A stretch of DNA of 64,000 nt from the NCBI GenBank assembly GCA_947259215.1, contig CAMYLJ010000022.1:125238-189237 (forward strand), read 5' to 3'. Shown here one piece after another: positions 62,693-64,000 of the stretch. The DNA comes from an uncultured delta proteobacterium. Its GTDB lineage: Bacteria > Myxococcota_A > UBA9160 > JAFDET01. A program made the position numbers and the translations under genes. The notes under the pieces were generated by a model, which saw only the letters and a program-made list of their open reading frames with translations, had not been told where the DNA came from and made no database searches. Each line of letters opens with the position of its first letter. The first letter of the stretch is position 1.

Positions 62693-64000
62693 GTGAGCTG
62701 CCGACGAGCGTACGACATCGACCTGGCCGCCTTCCTGGAGGCGCCGCGACGGGAGGAGTTCGAGGACTTCCGGGCGCATTACCCGGCCTGCGCCGCGTGC
62801 GCCGCGGAGGTCCGGGCATGGACCGAGCTGCACCTCGCCCTGGCGACGACGGGGGCGGGCGAGCACCCCGAGCCCGAGCGCCTGCTGCGCTACGGAGAAG
62901 ATCCGGGTCAGCTGGCACCGGCGGAGCGCGAGGCGCTGTCCTCCCACCTGACGCGCTGCGCGTCGTGCCGCGACGAGCTGTCGGCATTGCGCGCCTTCGA
63001 GCCCGCCGCGCTGGCGCAGCCGGCGGCGGTCGCCACACCGGACGGCGGCGGTGGGGACGGATTTCTCGGGCGCTTACGCCGGCTGCTCTGGCATCCGGCC
63101 TTTGCCTACGCGGTGGCCCTGCTGGTGCTGGCACCGACCCTGTGGCAGCTCGTGGGTCCGAGCGAGGTCGGGAGCCCGATGCTGCGCGCCCCCATGGAGG
63201 CCACGCGCAGCGACGAGGCCTTCTCCGGCGAGCGCGCGGCGGCGCGGAAGGCGCCGGCCCCGGAGCCGACCCCACCCGCCGACGCGCCGGGGAAGGGGCG
63301 CGCGGCCGAGCTCGAGGCGCGAGCGGTCCCGCCCGCGGTGCGCGAGAAGGACACGGCCCGCTCGAACCAGGAGCTGGCCGACGCCGCGCCGGCCCCGGGT
63401 GCCGACCCGGGCGCCATCTACTCGGGCTTCCAGCGCGAGCGCCTGCGTCCGGCACCCGCGCCGGAGCCGCGTTCGTCCAGGGACGCGGAGGGCATCACCA
63501 AGAGCAAGCCGGCCGCGCCCTCCGCCGCGAAGAGGCAGGCTGCCGCCGGCGCGCCGGTCGCAGGAGCGTTGGCGACGAGCGAAGACGCCGGGACGGATGC
63601 GGCAGACAAACGCGCCGCGCCGGCAGTGCCGTCGCAGCCGAAGGCCGAATCCACCGGGCCGATCCGCCGCGAGCTGACCGAGCGGGATCGCACGCAGCCG
63701 GAATCCCTCGGCTACGTCGACGATCTCCGAACCGAGGCACGACCCGGACGGGAGGCCGGCGACGAGCTCGCGGAGGGGATCGCGAGCACGCAGAGGGCCT
63801 TCGTGGCGCCGCGCTTCCGGCCCGGCCCGCACGGGCTCGTGCTGCACGTCCCCACCGCAGGCCTGACCGGCGAGATCGAGGTGCGCCTGCGCTCGCCCGA
63901 CGGTCGCCGCGAGCTGGTGGAGCGCTTCCCCCAGGCAACGGACGCCGGGGTCGAGCTGGCCCTGCCTCCGGGCTGGCTGCGACCCGGGACCTACCGCGTG
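62693..64000 (+). CDS. Zinc-finger (ZAS-type) anti-sigma factor, single-pass membrane protein; the 3' end lies outside the window
   Basis: This frame is not in the ORF track because it never reaches a stop. I translated 62693..64000 by hand (436 codons, no stop). It has a GTG start, HxxxCxxC twice (HYPACAAC, HLTRCASC), a TM (PAFAYAVALLVLAPTLWQLV), then a Pro/Ala-rich region. Confidence 0.65.
   Translation, partial: MSCRRAYDIDLAAFLEAPRREEFEDFRAHYPACAACAAEVRAWTELHLALATTGAGEHPEPERLLRYGEDPGQLAPAEREALSSHLTRCASCRDELSALRAFEPAALAQPAAVATPDGGGGDGFLGRLRRLLWHPAFAYAVALLVLAPTLWQLVGPSEVGSPMLRAPMEATRSDEAFSGERAAARKAPAPEPTPPADAPGKGRAAELEARAVPPAVREKDTARSNQELADAAPAPGADPGAIYSGFQRERLRPAPAPEPRSSRDAEGITKSKPAAPSAAKRQAAAGAPVAGALATSEDAGTDAADKRAAPAVPSQPKAESTGPIRRELTERDRTQPESLGYVDDLRTEARPGREAGDELAEGIASTQRAFVAPRFRPGPHGLVLHVPTAGLTGEIEVRLRSPDGRRELVERFPQATDAGVELALPPGWLRPGTYRV

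Noticed and set aside
62634-62696. A 20-codon ORF (MGEPIRAAGKTYPLEAVTRA) between the ECF sigma and anti-sigma genes as a real micro-protein
   Set aside because: It is too short and featureless to support. It is mentioned only as context for the anti-sigma start.
1-64000. CRISPR arrays, IS elements, integrases, prophage or toxin-antitoxin/defence cassettes
   Set aside because: I saw no regularly spaced direct repeats and no transposase, recombinase, phage-structural or recognisable defence-system proteins in any frame. The only dispersed repeat is the 33-nt REP-like core.

Overview
This is a very GC-rich, densely coding stretch of bacterial chromosome; third codon positions are almost all G/C, so long spurious antisense ORFs are common. 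I saw no rRNA, tRNA, CRISPR array, transposase, integrase or phage genes. I call about 58 protein genes, many joined by 4-nt ATGA/GTGA stop-start overlaps.

- **1-19 kb, housekeeping.** A MocR-type regulator fragment is followed by pdxS and pdxT. Next comes rpsF-rpsR-rplI-dnaB, running straight into a murein-recycling trio (ldcA, a beta-lactamase-fold hydrolase, mpl). After that are thiD coupled to a membrane MutS-like ATPase, a secreted NPP-type phosphodiesterase, apbC/mrp, and a roughly 1190-aa secreted S8 protease with FG-GAP-like repeats.
- **19-33 kb, accessory metabolism.** This part holds a TetR / di-iron oxygenase / sulfatase-like lipoprotein operon. It also holds a minus-strand operon with paired acyl-CoA dehydrogenases, a VOC epimerase-like protein, an unknown protein, a frameshifted membrane gene and an SRPBCC protein. 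Other genes are an M19 dipeptidase, a DCC thiol oxidoreductase, a 2-hydroxyacid dehydrogenase and an orphan sensor kinase.
- **33.2-59.1 kb, the most interesting part.** This is a contiguous envelope-lipid tailoring and export island with four modules.
  - hpnJ-hpnK-hpnI (hopanoid cyclitol-ether head-group genes) sit between a ferritin-like di-iron protein and a radical SAM/SPASM enzyme.
  - A scattered L-Ara4N (arn) pathway has a split ArnA, ArnD, ArnC, an internally deleted ArnB, three ArnT-like GT-C paralogs and no ArnE/F.
  - A TolC / adaptor / ABC-ATPase / FtsX-permease pump (MacAB or DevBCA type) lies in the same transcription unit as arnB-arnC-arnA(FT).
  - A divergent, tightly coupled six-gene operon encodes a CDP-alcohol phosphatidyltransferase, a HAD, a nucleotidyltransferase, an ATP-grasp protein, a class-III aminotransferase and a Gfo/Idh/MocA protein. 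I cannot assign its product to a described pathway.
- **59-64 kb.** This end holds another acyl-CoA dehydrogenase, a GST, an HxlR regulator, a hairpin-rich 326-nt intergenic region, and an ECF sigma / zinc-finger anti-sigma pair that runs off the window.

All calls come from reading the translations and the nucleotide sequence by eye. Family names rest on remembered motifs, and no searches were run.
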